Part shown: one piece after another, positions 38,101 to 49,847 of the stretch | How positions within the stretch are numbered: the first letter of the stretch is position 1 | How the letters are laid out: every line of letters begins with the position of its first letter | DNA from: Eledone cirrhosa | Lineage: Eukaryota | Reading direction: 5' to 3' | DNA: 64,000 nucleotides | Assembly: GCA_964016885.1 (NCBI GenBank) | Contig: OZ024742.1 | Span: 42,780,001 to 42,844,000, forward strand | Program-made: the position numbers and the translations under genes | The notes under the pieces: model-generated | What the model saw: only the letters and a program-made list of their open reading frames with translations | Told to the model about the DNA's origin: nothing | Databases searched by the model: none

Positions 38101-40282
38101 ATTTTTTTCTATTATTCTCATTAATATAAGTATTTTTTAATGTATTTAAAAAATATATTCATTTAAATAAAAACTAGGTGTTAAATTAAAAAATGTTGTT
38201 GCGAGCATAATGACAATTAGAGTCACCTTCGAGAAAGTACGGAAGACCAAAACAAATAAGTCTAACTTTTCTAAAACTGAGTGAGACTATAAAATTCCGA
38301 ATTCGGACAAGATACTGCATTTAACTTTCTATTTATTTAATTTCGTCTTCATATTTTAACTTTCCCAATTTGATCGTTATATTTATCAATCAACAACGTA
38401 AATATATCGTAGCAAATCGTTAAGAAGTGAAGAAACTATCTGTTTGATAAGTCCTCGCTAGCTTCCATATATATATTCAATGACAGTATATTGATATGAC
38501 ATGCTGCTTTCAATGGTACCGCTATTTTTTTGCTGATAAACAAGGAAGTGACAGAAGGTAAATAATATATTTCATTGTACTGGGGGCTGATTTTTTCAAT
38601 TAACACATAACTCATTTGTGTGTGTGGAGGGGGGGGGGGGATACTCGATGGAACCTTAGTAATATATTGGTTCTTTATTTTTTTTCTTTTACAATAAATC
38701 ACAGATTGATTACTAGACGCTAAGAACGCGGTGAATTCAGCAACGGACTTAAACTTCATTAGCCGACGGATTGAACATCGCAAGTCGACAAAGCAACGGC
38801 CGCTCTCCGATAGGTTTATCGTCGAACTCATGGCGGTTGAAATCGGTTGAAATCCCTGGTGTCCTGGGTTTACAAACTCCCTACATACTGTGGCCTACAG
38901 ATGTGAACTGGCTTCTTGCTGAACTCATAGCGGTGGAAATGGTGGGCATTTGGCGTTGGTGTGGCTCATTCAGCACATCTCCCTTGCTATCTTCCGGGGT
39001 AACACATTCGAATTTCCGTCCTCATGGACCATGAAGGCAACATGTATCTGATGTTTTGCAAATGATATGAGAGGTTTTAATGAAATAACTAACTTTCAAG
39101 TCGTTGTGGTAGATCTCTTGTTCTAGAGGTATTCATGGATTGTTTTGCTGTCCGAATGCAGATCGCTTCGCTCGCCAAATCGATCTAAACTCGCCAACAC
39201 TGCGGGTGTGTTGGTTTGTCTAAAACATTAAAGAGAAACTCCAGCACCCATTGTGGCGTTGATTGTGCGTGTACGTCTCCTCCATTTTTTATCTCTTCAT
39301 TTAACAATCGTCGTTTTCTCGTTTTGAGACGCGTCCTCGGACCCCGTACAGCAGACTTTCTCCGTAAAATCGGAATGATAGCAGCCCGTCTGAGGAAGGA
39401 GGTCTGCGAAGTGGGGTGTCGCTTGTCATTGTCCGTGGCTTATATATAAATATGTATATATTTTATTCGATAAACACAAGACTATGTTGATTTATACGCT
39501 ACTAAAAAAGAGGGAATAATAGGAAAGAAAAAAGGTTGAGAAGTGGGATAATAAAAAGCTGACCTAAGAACTGAGGGGGAAATTTACTCAAGCCAGAGAC
39601 CGCTTGATAATAGTTACTTGACAATAGCTATTTGATCGAATATATATAAAATTTCACTTTCATTATATACATACTAATATATTTTACCGACAATTTGTTT
39701 TCAATAAATACATAACTACTGAAATCTAATATCCGACATGCAATTTCAACTTAAAGAATTACATTTAAATTTGAACACTTTAATAGAGCTGGTTTTACCC
39801 GAGTTGGTGATTTACCCTTTTGTTACCATATTTCTCACGAAAGACACTGCCTATAGTTTTCAAATCTTCAAGAATTTAGAGTGATTTAGTATTATACAAC
39901 AGGGAGGTGGATGAAGCTCTTCCATGATGGAGAAAGATGGGTTTATCTGTTCCTGACACGGTAGAGAACAAACGAAGACAGTTTGGGACAACATACATTT
40001 GAAGGCCACCTTTGACTCCCTCTCTTCGACCAATCAGACCAGTTCTCAAGGTGCCTCCTACAAGTTGTCTGCATGTTTGGAACATAGCTTAACAAATCTC
40101 ACAGAACCAGGACCTGTTTCAGATAGCCATTTATTATCAAATTAAAAAAAATATATATATATATATGGTAACAAAGGGGTTAAGTGTGTTGTTATAACTG
40201 TTTCATGGTGTGTAATGTCTTATTACAGATTTTCTGTCTCAGACTCGATGTGTGTTGGATCCCAACATTTGCTGACTTATCA

Positions 40283-40411
40283 ATGGTTGGTTACAATCCT
40301 CATCACGACCATAAGCTGACCTATTATGATTATGCTTTTGCTGGTGCCCTCTCAGGAGCTGTTAGTAGGGTCTTTTTACAACCCTTGGATGTTGTCAAAA
40401 TCAGATTACAA
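40283..40411 (+). CDS. SLC25A19: SLC25A19 coding exon 1
   Basis: MVGYNP...QPLDVVKIRLQ; donor GTAAGT. An upstream acceptor (TTACAG ending 40228) implies a further non-coding first exon. Confidence 0.92.
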
Positions 40412-40807
40412 GTAAGTTATTTATACAGCCTCATCATGATCATCATTATATGTGAGCTTTCCATGCTTGCATGGGTTAGATAGGTTGTCACAATCTGAGA
40501 CTAAACAGGTTGGGGGTGTGTGGGGAACCATGTTTTGTTCATATGTTCCATTTTTGACATGGTTTTTACAGCTGGATGCTCTTCCTAACATCAACCACTT
40601 TACAGAATGTACTAGGTGCGTTTTATCATGGCACTAACACTACTGCTTTACAGAGGGCCCTGGGTGAATTTTATCATGGTACCAGCACTATCACGTTATA
40701 ATTGTTGCTTCGTTGTTTGTTATCCCTTATTGACATCTGTTGGATTGATCTTCCATACACTCTATCACATTTATTTTGATCATCACGAAAGTGAACAGTG
40801 TATGAGC

Positions 40808-40864
<57 letters not shown>

Positions 40865-43800
40865 ATGTGCATGTGTATACCACAGAAAGAAAGACAGAGA
40901 GAAGAGATGGAGTAATGTAACAAAAGATGAGAAGGAGATAGAGAGGGTAAAAAGGCATTGATAGGGTATTAGAATGAATGTTAAGAGCTGTGACATCATC
41001 ATCATCGTTTAATGTCCATCTTCCATGAGTAGGACGGACTGTCCCTTTGTGAGGGATCAGGTTGGGTGACCATGATTTTGGCTTGGTTTCTACAGCTGGA
41101 TGCCCTTCCTAACACCAACCACATTTACAGTGTGTACTGGGTGCTTTTTGTCATGTCACCTACATGACCACTTCACAGTGTGGGGTGGGTGCTTTTTGTC
41201 ATGTCACCTACATGACCACTTCAGTGTGGGCTAGGTGCTGTTTGCTGTGTCACCTACATGATTACTTCAGTGTGGGCTGGGTGTTTTTTGCTGTGTTGCC
41301 TACGTGACCACTTCAGTGTGGGCTGGGTGCTTTTTGTTGTGTCGCCTATGTGACCACTTTACAGTGTGGGCTGGGTGCTTTTTGCCGTGACATCTAGGTA
41401 AATATGACAATTAGGTAAATATCTGTTCGGTTGTTTAAAAAAAAAATGAATGTATTAATAATTGTTTCTACTTTAGTCACAAGGCCAGCAATTTTGGGGG
41501 AGGGGAAAGTCGATTAAATTGACCCCAGTGCATGGCTGATACTTTATTTTATCAACCTGTAAAGATGTAAGGCAAAGCTAACTGCAGTGGGATTTGAACT
41601 GGGGGCGTAAGGGGCCGTGACTCTATGTCGCGAAGCAGAGTGTCTGACGCCCCACTGATACTGCCAATCTACCATCCTCTATGAATGTATTAATAATAAA
41701 AATCTGAAGTGAATCGTAACTAGTGCCTATGTTTTTATTGACCTTATTCCGATCTGATGATTGGCTCCTTTCCTTTTTTGTCTATTCCATGTAGCTTCAA
41801 ATTGAACCAGTATCAAAGCTGTCTATTGGCTCTAAGTATCATGGTTTCCTACACACCATTATGACAATATCAAGAGATGAAGGTGTGAAAGCATTATGGA
41901 AAGGTCACATACCTGCTCAGTTTCTCACTGTCATCTATGGCATGGTGCAAGTAAGTAACAACTGCTGTATATTGTATTACTATTATCATCATCATCATTT
42001 CCATCTGCTTTTTATGCTGGCATGGTTTGGACGGGTCATCACAGTCCAAGATTAGACAAGTTGAATACCATGCTTTGCTTATATGTTCCATATTTTGACA
42101 TGGTTTTATGTTTGATTGCTGTTCCTTAGGTCAACCATTTTACAGTGTATGTTCTGGGTGCATTTTATTGTGGCACCAGCACTAGTGAGGTTGTCATTTA
42201 CTCAGTATGACTGAAGAATCCTTTTTATTCATTATTGTTTTCATTAATTTACCAGCCACAAGGGCAGTGGATTGGCAATATCGGTAGAGGGCCGGATGCC
42301 ATGCTTTGACGCATAGAGTTACGGTCCTTTATGATCTGAGTTCAAATCCCGCCAAAGTTAACTTTGCCTTTCATCCTTACGGGGTTGATAAAATAAAGTA
42401 CCAGTCACGCACTGGGGTCAATTTAATCGACTTTCCCCTCCCCAAAAATTGCTGGCCTTGTGCCTATATAAGAAACAATTAATTTACCAGCCACTTTATA
42501 TAACAATAATAATAATGATTTAATCTGATGGTGCACCTCTTCCAATAAATAAACAAAATATGGGCTGAGGGAGCCTTTATGTAGTTGTTTGACCTATTAG
42601 AAATAACAACCAAATCTCCTTCAAATCACACAATGACACCTATCTGGCCAAAACTGGCTCTTGTTCTATGAAACAAAACCACCCAATTTAAAATGTTGCT
42701 ATTTAAATTAATATCTTTTAACATAGTTTTATTTAATCAAGCCTTATGTTGTTGTTATTTTAGTAATGAAATAATTAATAATTTATAATTAATTGAAATA
42801 GAAAGGGTTAAATTAATATCTTTAAATTAATATCTGTGATGCTGTCTTGTCTCAGAATTAATGTCTGAATTACCATATGTACTTGAATATAAGCTGACCC
42901 CACTATTTTATGTCTGAGAAATGGGCAAAAATCCAAACCTTATTTACATAGAATATGAAGTTGGTGAAAATAGTAGATAGAATTCAGATTTCTAGTATGA
43001 ATGAAAATATGTTAGAACAATTTGCACACCCTTCTTTTTTTTATATACATTTGTGTTCCATGAATTCTAAATGAAACATTTTTGACATATTGTAGCATTA
43101 GTGGGACTGACAAACAAAAAGGACATACAAATATTATGTGATTTTTCTTTTATTTTCTAGTTTTCATCATATGAATATTTTTCAAAACTATCATTTCATT
43201 ATATACCAAGAGATGTCTTTTCTGAGAAGAAGCCACTGGTCAGTTTGGTGTGTGGTTCAATGTCAGGAGCTGTGTCCACTATTGTTGTACAACCTCTTGA
43301 TCTCTTAAGGACAAGATTTGTGGCACAGGGGGAACCAAAGGTAAGCCAGATGTTTCTTTTTCTTTCTCTTTCTCTCTCACTTTATATATATATATGACTA
43401 ATGGTGATTAGCCAAACTGACATCAACAGGCTACCACGATTGCCTTTGAGTTAAAAACAAAAAAAAAACACGTTTTTTCTTCTCTTCTTTTTTCCTTAAA
43501 TGTGTTTACCATCATTCCTTTGGTATATAACTATTATAATAATAATAATGAAATTATTGTGTACAGTGTTCAGGTGCACTACAACTCGTCAAGGGTGCAT
43601 GTATAGTACATAGAATAATATACAAATGTCAGGGAAGTGAATAGTCATGATATACATGTGTGCGTGTGTATGGAGGGAGAATATCAGGTGTAGTGTTGGC
43701 GAATTTCAGGAAGCATGGAGGTTTTAAAGGATGCAGTGTCTCGACAGCTAACAACTGATGCAGGTAGTTTGTTCCATGCTTCAGCAACTCTGTGCGTGAA

Positions 43801-46800
43801 AAAATGTTTCCGAAAGTCATGGGAGCTGTGCTGTTTTCTGACTTTGTGGACATGCCCACGTGTGTTAGACACATGGAAATCAAAAAAGTACTCAGGGTTG
43901 TTGTTGGCAAGATGGTTAATAATTTTGTGGGTGTTTACCAAGTCAGTTGCCAGACGTCGGAGCTTCAATGTAGCCATGCCCAGGGAAGCAAGGCGTTTAG
44001 AGTATGGTAGATGCCTGATGGAGGGTGTTCGCTTGGTTGCACGTCTCTGAACAGTTTCCAGGCGGTCAATGTTCTGAGCAAGATAGGGGTTCCAGACTGG
44101 TGATGCAAATTCCAAGTGTGGCCGCGCCATAGCTATATACAGCTTTAAATAGATAGCTGGCGAACGGTGGCAAAGGTGTTGCTGAGTGATGCTAAGACAC
44201 CCTCGGCCTTCTTGACAATTTTAGAGACGTGCTTCATCCAACGCAAATCGCTGCTGACCGTAATGCCCAGATCACGTTCACAAGAAGACTTCTTGATATT
44301 AGTGTTGTGGAGGGAGTATGTGGACGCTGGGTTTTTACTTCCAAAATGCATGGTGGTACACTTGTCCACAGCTAGCCTGAGTTGCCAGTCCGTGATCCAT
44401 TGTTGCATTGTGTCCAGGTCAGATTGCAGGCAAGATCTATAATGTTCAGGATCTGTCCTTTTTATCTCAAGATACAACTTCATGTCATCTGCATATTTTA
44501 GTACTGTGGAATTCTTTAAGTTGGCATCTATGTCATTAATATATGTCACAAACAAAAGGGGGCCAAGAACAGATCCCTATGGTACACCAGATGACATCTT
44601 ATATGGTGAGGAATACTATCCTAGAACCGTGACTACCTCTCTTCGACTGAGAATGAAGGACTTCAACCAGTTAAAAAGATCATCCTTCACACCCATTGCA
44701 GAGAGTTTTGCCATAAGTCTTTTGTGTGGCACAGAATTGAAAGCTTTAGCAAAGTCAAGGTAAACAACATCCACCCATGAGCTGCCATCAGTGATCCGGG
44801 TGATGTCTTCAAGAAACTCAATAAGTTGATCACAGGAGTTGGAGTTAGGGATAAATCCAAATTGTGAGGGCTGCATAAGACTGTGAGAGTTCCAGAAGTT
44901 CCAAAGCGTTTCTCTGACACAGGATTCCATCAGTTTGGCAATGCAGCTAGTAAGACTGACTGGATGATAGTTCACAGGTGATGTGCAGTCACCTTTTTGA
45001 ACAAAGGAATGACACTGGCAGTTTTCCACTGTTCTGGAGTAGCACCATTGTTGAGACAGAATTGGAAGAAGCGTGATAGCTGGTGCAGAAGGAAGTACCC
45101 ACCACGTTTGAGAAGCAGGTACGTAACACCATCAAGACCAGGAGAGGCATGGCTGCGTTTATTTTTAAGGTGACGTCGCAGCATTGCTGGTGTAAATTCA
45201 ATAGTTATAATAGAATCTGATGTCAGAGGTGGTGGAGACGGTACACTCTGATCTTCAACAGTCAAAATGCTTGCATAGCATTCAGCAATGAGCTCTGCGC
45301 ATTCCTTAGGGTCGTCAGTAACCTGGCTTGTGTGGAGATTGCGAAGAGGACCAACTGGAGAGTGAGGCCTCTGCTTTGAGTGAACATACTTCCAGAACAC
45401 CTTACTGTCAGGGCTGGTTGCTATGCGCTGCTCAAATTGAAGCACTGCTTTTTTGTCTCCTGTTTGAGATGGCTGGATGATTTATTTTGCTTCTTCCTAT
45501 TGATATCTGATTTATGCAGTTTGTACTCACGTTCAGCATTACAACGTTCTTTTCTGGCAAGACGGACTGCTGCAGTCTCCCAAATTGCACTTTTGGGATG
45601 TTTTTTCTGCTTACGTGGCACCGATGCTGCACATGCTGTCCATATTGAGCTCAGGATGTTCTGGAGTACAGTGTTGACATCTCCAGAGTCATAGAACTCA
45701 AGCCAGTTTGGACATTGCTACTCGGTGCAGTAACAGTTCCAGTCTGCTTTATTTCAATCAAAGTGAGCAGTTTGGAGATGGTTGTGGTTCTTGTTACTGC
45801 CCATGGGGGATAGATTAGCAATGATCATAGCATGATCAGAGTCACCTAAAGGTTCCTCAGTCCTAACACTAATAACCGTTTCAGGAGTAGTGGTGAAGAG
45901 TAGGTCCAAAGTGTTGTCACCTCTTGTTGGGGAGGTGACTACTTGGGACCAGTTCGATCCAGTACTAGCTCAAGGAAGTCATTTGCACTTGGCAGCCAAC
46001 GAAAGGTTTCCCAGTCAATCTCAGGGTGATTGAAGTTCCCTGCAATAAAAAGATAAGTGGCTGTTTTCCTGGCAGCAACTCTGAGGATATCACAAAGTTG
46101 AGTGTCCTGATGTTAATTTGGGGGACGGTAAACGACTCCCAGTGATAGTGTTGACATGGTCATACGTATATCACAGAAAAATACTTCCTGTTGCGATTGG
46201 TTCAAATCAACGCAAGGAATTGGCGAAAAATTTGACCGAATGTAGACCATTTCACCATCACCGTGACGATTAGTGTGGTCTTTACGAAACAAATTGTAGC
46301 CAGTTATGCTGAAAACCCCATCACAGAGTAAGGAATGTGCAATATACACCTGATGATGTCACAAGGTTCATACATAACCTGGCCACTGAAATGTGCCGAG
46401 CGTTTGCAGAAATAAATAATTGAAGGAATTCAACCTGCCTGGCCTCCTGTCATTTTACTAGAATAAGGACGAGTTGGAAGAAGTTTAGGGAGCTGTTTCC
46501 TTTGTTGTAAAGAAGGGTTTCTCCCTACGTACGAAAGGACAGTTATATGATGCCTGTGTGAGATGCGCGATGCTGCATGGTAGTGAGACATGGGCAGCAA
46601 CTGCAGAAGATATGCGACGGCTGGAGAGAAATGGAGCAAGTATGCTCCGTTGGATGTGCAATGTCAATGTGCGTGAACGACCAACGTGGGCGGAGGTGGT
46701 GAGAGCAGATTTCAGATCGCTGAAACTCACCGAAGAGATGACGAAGGACCGTGACAAGTGGAGAGATGCTGTGCTGAAGAGGACCCGTCCAACCCTTGCA

Positions 46801-49800
46801 AGCAGGGAAAAGCGGACATAAAATGATGATGATGATATATATACACACACATATATATATATATAAAAGAAAAAAAATGAGGAAGTCTCGTTTACATGCC
46901 TTAGATTTTTATTGTGTATCGATCTATTATGCACGTTTCACAGAGGCTCAAGGTCACCCGTAGGAGTTATGGATCCAACTCCATTATCGATCTGCTCTTC
47001 AGACTGGCGATGTGACAAAAAAAAAAAATATAGTGTTTGTTGTTAGATGATGAGTTCATATATAAGCATCAGCCGTATTTTTTTGTGTGTGGGCGTATGT
47101 GGGTATTGTAGTGCAATTGGTAAGGCAGCTTTGCGCATGTATATCCACATGTTTATTTATCATCATCATCGTTTAATGTCCACTTTCCACTCTAGCATTG
47201 GTTAGACGGGTTGACCTATTTGATGCAAGTTGGGTCAGGTGACCGTGTCTTGCTTATATGGGACTTTCTGGCTAGATCTCGACAGCTGGATGCCTTTCCT
47301 AATGCCAACCACTTTACAGTGTGTGCTGGGTGCTTTTTGTTGTGACTCCTACACGACCACTTTACAGTGTGTGCTGGGTGCTTTTTGTCATGACACCTAC
47401 ACGACCACTTTACAGTGTAGACTGGGTGCTTTTTGTGATACCAACATAACTTGACAGTGCAAGGGTGGTTTGGACTGGAGTGTGAGGGTGGGTGTAGGAG
47501 TGTATGGAAGGGAGTATAATGATTAAAAGGTACATGGAAAGGCGTGTCTTCTCTATTACTGCATAATGCCAAAGATCTCGATGATGTGTCATTGTCTTTG
47601 AGAAGTGCAATTACGCAAGGTCAACTTGTATCACCTCATCCCAGGTCTTAATAATCATTATTATTATTAAGGGCAGGGAATTGGCAGTATCGGTAGAGAG
47701 TCGGACGCCATGCTTTCTAGCATAGTTACGTCCCTTTACAGTCTGAGTTCAAATCCCACCGAGGTTAACTTTGCCTTTCATCCTTACGGGGTCGATAAAA
47801 TAAAGTACCAGTAATGTACTGTGTAATTGCTGGCCTTGTGCCTAAAGTAGAAACAATTATTATTAAGGGCGGTGGATTGGCAGTATCAGTAGAGGGTTGG
47901 ACACCATGCTTCGCAGCAAAGAGTTACGGTCCTTTATGGTCTGAGTTCAAATCCCGCCGAGGTTAACTTTGCCTTTCATCCTTAAGGGGTCCATAAAATA
48001 AAGTACCAGTAATATACTGGGCTAATTGCTAGCCTTGTGCCAAAACTAGAAACAATTATTATTATTAAGGGCGGTGAATTGGCAGTATCGGTAGAGGGTC
48101 AGACACCATGCTTTCCAGCATAGTTACGTCCCTTTACGGTCTGAGTTCAAATCCCGTCGAGGTTAACTTTGCCTTTCATCCTGACGGGGTCGATAAAATA
48201 AAGTACCAGTAATGTACTGGGTAATTGTTGGCCTTGTGCCAAAAGTAGAAACAATTATTATTATTAAGGGCGGTGGATTGGTAGTATCATTAGAGTGTCG
48301 GACATTATGGTTTGTAGTATATAGTTATGACCCTTTATATTCTGAGCTCAAATACCACTGAGGTGAGTTTTGTCTTTCATTCTTACAGGGTCAATAAAAT
48401 AAAGTACCAGTAAGCACTGGGGTTGATTTAATTGACTTTCCTCTTCCCTTCAAATTGCTGGCCTTGTGCCTAATGTAAAAACTATTATTATTAATAATTT
48501 CTTATTTAAACTTTCAGGTGTATAAATCAATCTTCTCAGCTGCAGTGAATATTATCAAACAAGAAGGTATTTTAGGCATGTGGTGTGGCCTCAGTCCTTC
48601 CCTTGTCCTTGTTATACCACAAACAGGCCTAACCTTTGGATTTCACACACTTTTCTCATCAATTTTAGGAAATGATAGGAAAAATTATTCTAAATTTGCT
48701 ATTGAAGGTAAGTATTGACTTGTTATTATTGTTGCTACTGTTGTTGTTTAGAGTCAAGTCAGAAAACGATCAATAGCATTCCAGCTATGGCCACCCCCAC
48801 TTTTTTTAGTGTAATTAGGATTACATTGTTGTCCAATGAAAGAATTTGGCTGCTATTTCTAGCATGGCTAACAACTATGAAAAGCCAATACCTTTAAATG
48901 CTAAAGGGTTAAGGAGCCAATGTCTACCTTGTAACAATCAATCTCCTAACCCACACGGAGAACGCTGAACCCTTTTGATAGCAACATGCCCCAAACCTCT
49001 TGCTTCTATGAAACAAAATTATCATCATCATCATCATCATTTTACGTCCACTTTTCCCTGCTTGCAAGGGTGGGACGGGTCTTATTCAGCACAGCATCTC
49101 TCCACTCGTCACGGTCCCTCGTCATCTCCACCGTGAGCTTCAATGATCTGAGGTCCGTTCTCACCACCTCCGCCCATGTTTTTCGTGGTCTACCTCTACC
49201 ACGTCTTCCTTCAACTGGCATTTCCTGGCACTTCTTCACCCATCGGTCATCCTCCATGCGCATCACATGTCCATACCATGTGATGTGCATTATCTGAAAC
49301 AAAATTATCTCTTAAAGACTTCCTACACAATTTTCTATAAGATCGTTTTATCTTTCTAATACCATCTTAATGAAATTATAATTTTAGTAAACCCTGCCTT
49401 AAAATACAAAATATTCCATTAGAAATACAGTAATGAAAGGTTCTAATTAAAAACAAAACTTAGATGAACACGGTGAAATTAATCATTCCATTTGTATCCC
49501 TAATATGAATATATTGTGAAAACTGTTAACATTTTCTAATTGCAGATCAAATTAAGACTTTTATAAGTGGACTTGGCAGTGGAATGTCTGCTAAATTTAT
49601 GGTTTACCCTTTCGATGTTGTTAAGAAGCGGTTGCAAGTACAGAGCTTTCAGGAGGCCCGTTTGAAATTTGGTAAAGTACGCTCCTATAATGGCATGATC
49701 AACTGTCTCCAGCACCTTTACCTTGATGAAGGATTAAGGGGGTTATATAAGGGACTATTTCCTACTATGTTGAAAGCAGGATCTGTGAGTGGGGTTACAT

Positions 49801-49847
49801 TTTTGATCTATGAAATAACATGTGCCATACTCTCAAAATGGCGGTGA
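40283..49847 (+). CDS. SLC25A19: Mitochondrial thiamine pyrophosphate carrier (SLC25A19/Tpc1-like), whole gene span (5 coding exons, ~318 aa)
   Basis: Three carrier repeats with PX[DE]XX[KR]X[RK] signatures (PLDVVKIRLQ, PLDLLRTRF, PFDVVKKRLQ). The N-terminus MVGYNP and the motifs LQIEP, WKGHIPAQ, AQGEPKVY and FQEARLKFGKV are typical of SLC25A19. Confidence 0.93.
40808..40862. repeat. (CA)n microsatellite
   Basis: Long CA run. Confidence 0.95.
40995..41395 (-). mobile_element. RTE-3'-related SINE with internal ~43-bp minisatellite (~6 units)
   Basis: (CAT)n tail on the plus strand, CTACAGCTGGATGCCCTTCCTAACACCAACC, then repeated GACCACTT(CA)CAGTGTGGG(C/G)TGGGTGCTTTTTG units. Confidence 0.85.
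41463..41680 (-). mobile_element. Family A SINE with 17-bp TSD
   Basis: TSD ATGAATGTATTAATAAT at 41446-41462 and 41681-41697. Confidence 0.87.
41795..41950 (+). CDS. SLC25A19: SLC25A19 coding exon 2
   Basis: LQIEPVSK...DEGVKALWKGHIPAQFLTVIYGMVQ; TAG/GTAAGT; 156 nt, phase 0-0. Confidence 0.94.
42262..42477 (+). mobile_element. Family A SINE with 17-bp TSD
   Basis: TSD ATTAATTTACCAGCCAC at 42243-42259 and 42478-42494; A and B boxes intact. Confidence 0.88.
43161..43340 (+). CDS. SLC25A19: SLC25A19 coding exon 3
   Basis: FSSYEYF...CGSMSGAVSTIVVQPLDLLRTRFVAQGEPK; TAG/GTAAGC; not in the ORF track. Confidence 0.94.
43536..46430 (-). mobile_element. CR1-clade LINE (ORF2: APE + RT), 5'-truncated and frameshifted, in SLC25A19 intron 3
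   Basis: GYNLFRKD, GVVYRPP, SPGLDGV, NYHPVSLTS, VVYLDFAKAFNSVPH, KYADDMKLY, ERDLG, RPHLEFASPVWNPY, FFTHRVAEAWNKLP; (ATT)n tail at ~43536-43549. Confidence 0.93.
46455..46835 (+). mobile_element. RTE 3' fragment with internal deletion
   Basis: [22 protein letters not shown]...TWAEVVRAD; (GAT)n tail. Confidence 0.88.
47160..47650 (-). mobile_element. RTE 3' end with 3 x ~44-bp internal repeat
   Basis: Homologous to 19255-19610 in reverse; repeated GACCACTTTACAGTGTGTGCTGGGTGCTTTTTG. Confidence 0.8.
47671..48492 (+). mobile_element. Four head-to-tail family A SINEs
   Basis: Copies start at 47671, 47867, 48069 and 48268, each preceded by TTATTAA. Confidence 0.92.
48518..48707 (+). CDS. SLC25A19: SLC25A19 coding exon 4
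   Basis: VYKSIFSAAVNIIKQEGILGMWCGLSPSLVLVIPQTGLTFGF...; CAG/GTAAGT. Confidence 0.93.
49020..49282 (-). mobile_element. RTE 3' fragment
   Basis: [17 protein letters not shown]...[11 protein letters not shown]; (GAT)n tail. Confidence 0.9.
49546..49847 (+). CDS. SLC25A19: SLC25A19 terminal coding exon 5
   Basis: QIKTFISGLGSGMSAKFMVYPFDVVKKRLQ...EGLRGLYKGLFPTMLKA...FLIYE...SKWR then TGA. Confidence 0.94.

Noticed and set aside
47671-48492. tRNA gene cluster or CRISPR-like array
   Set aside because: A and B boxes are present, but there is no cloverleaf, and dispersed copies have TSDs and tails. These are SINEs, with no unique spacers or cas genes.
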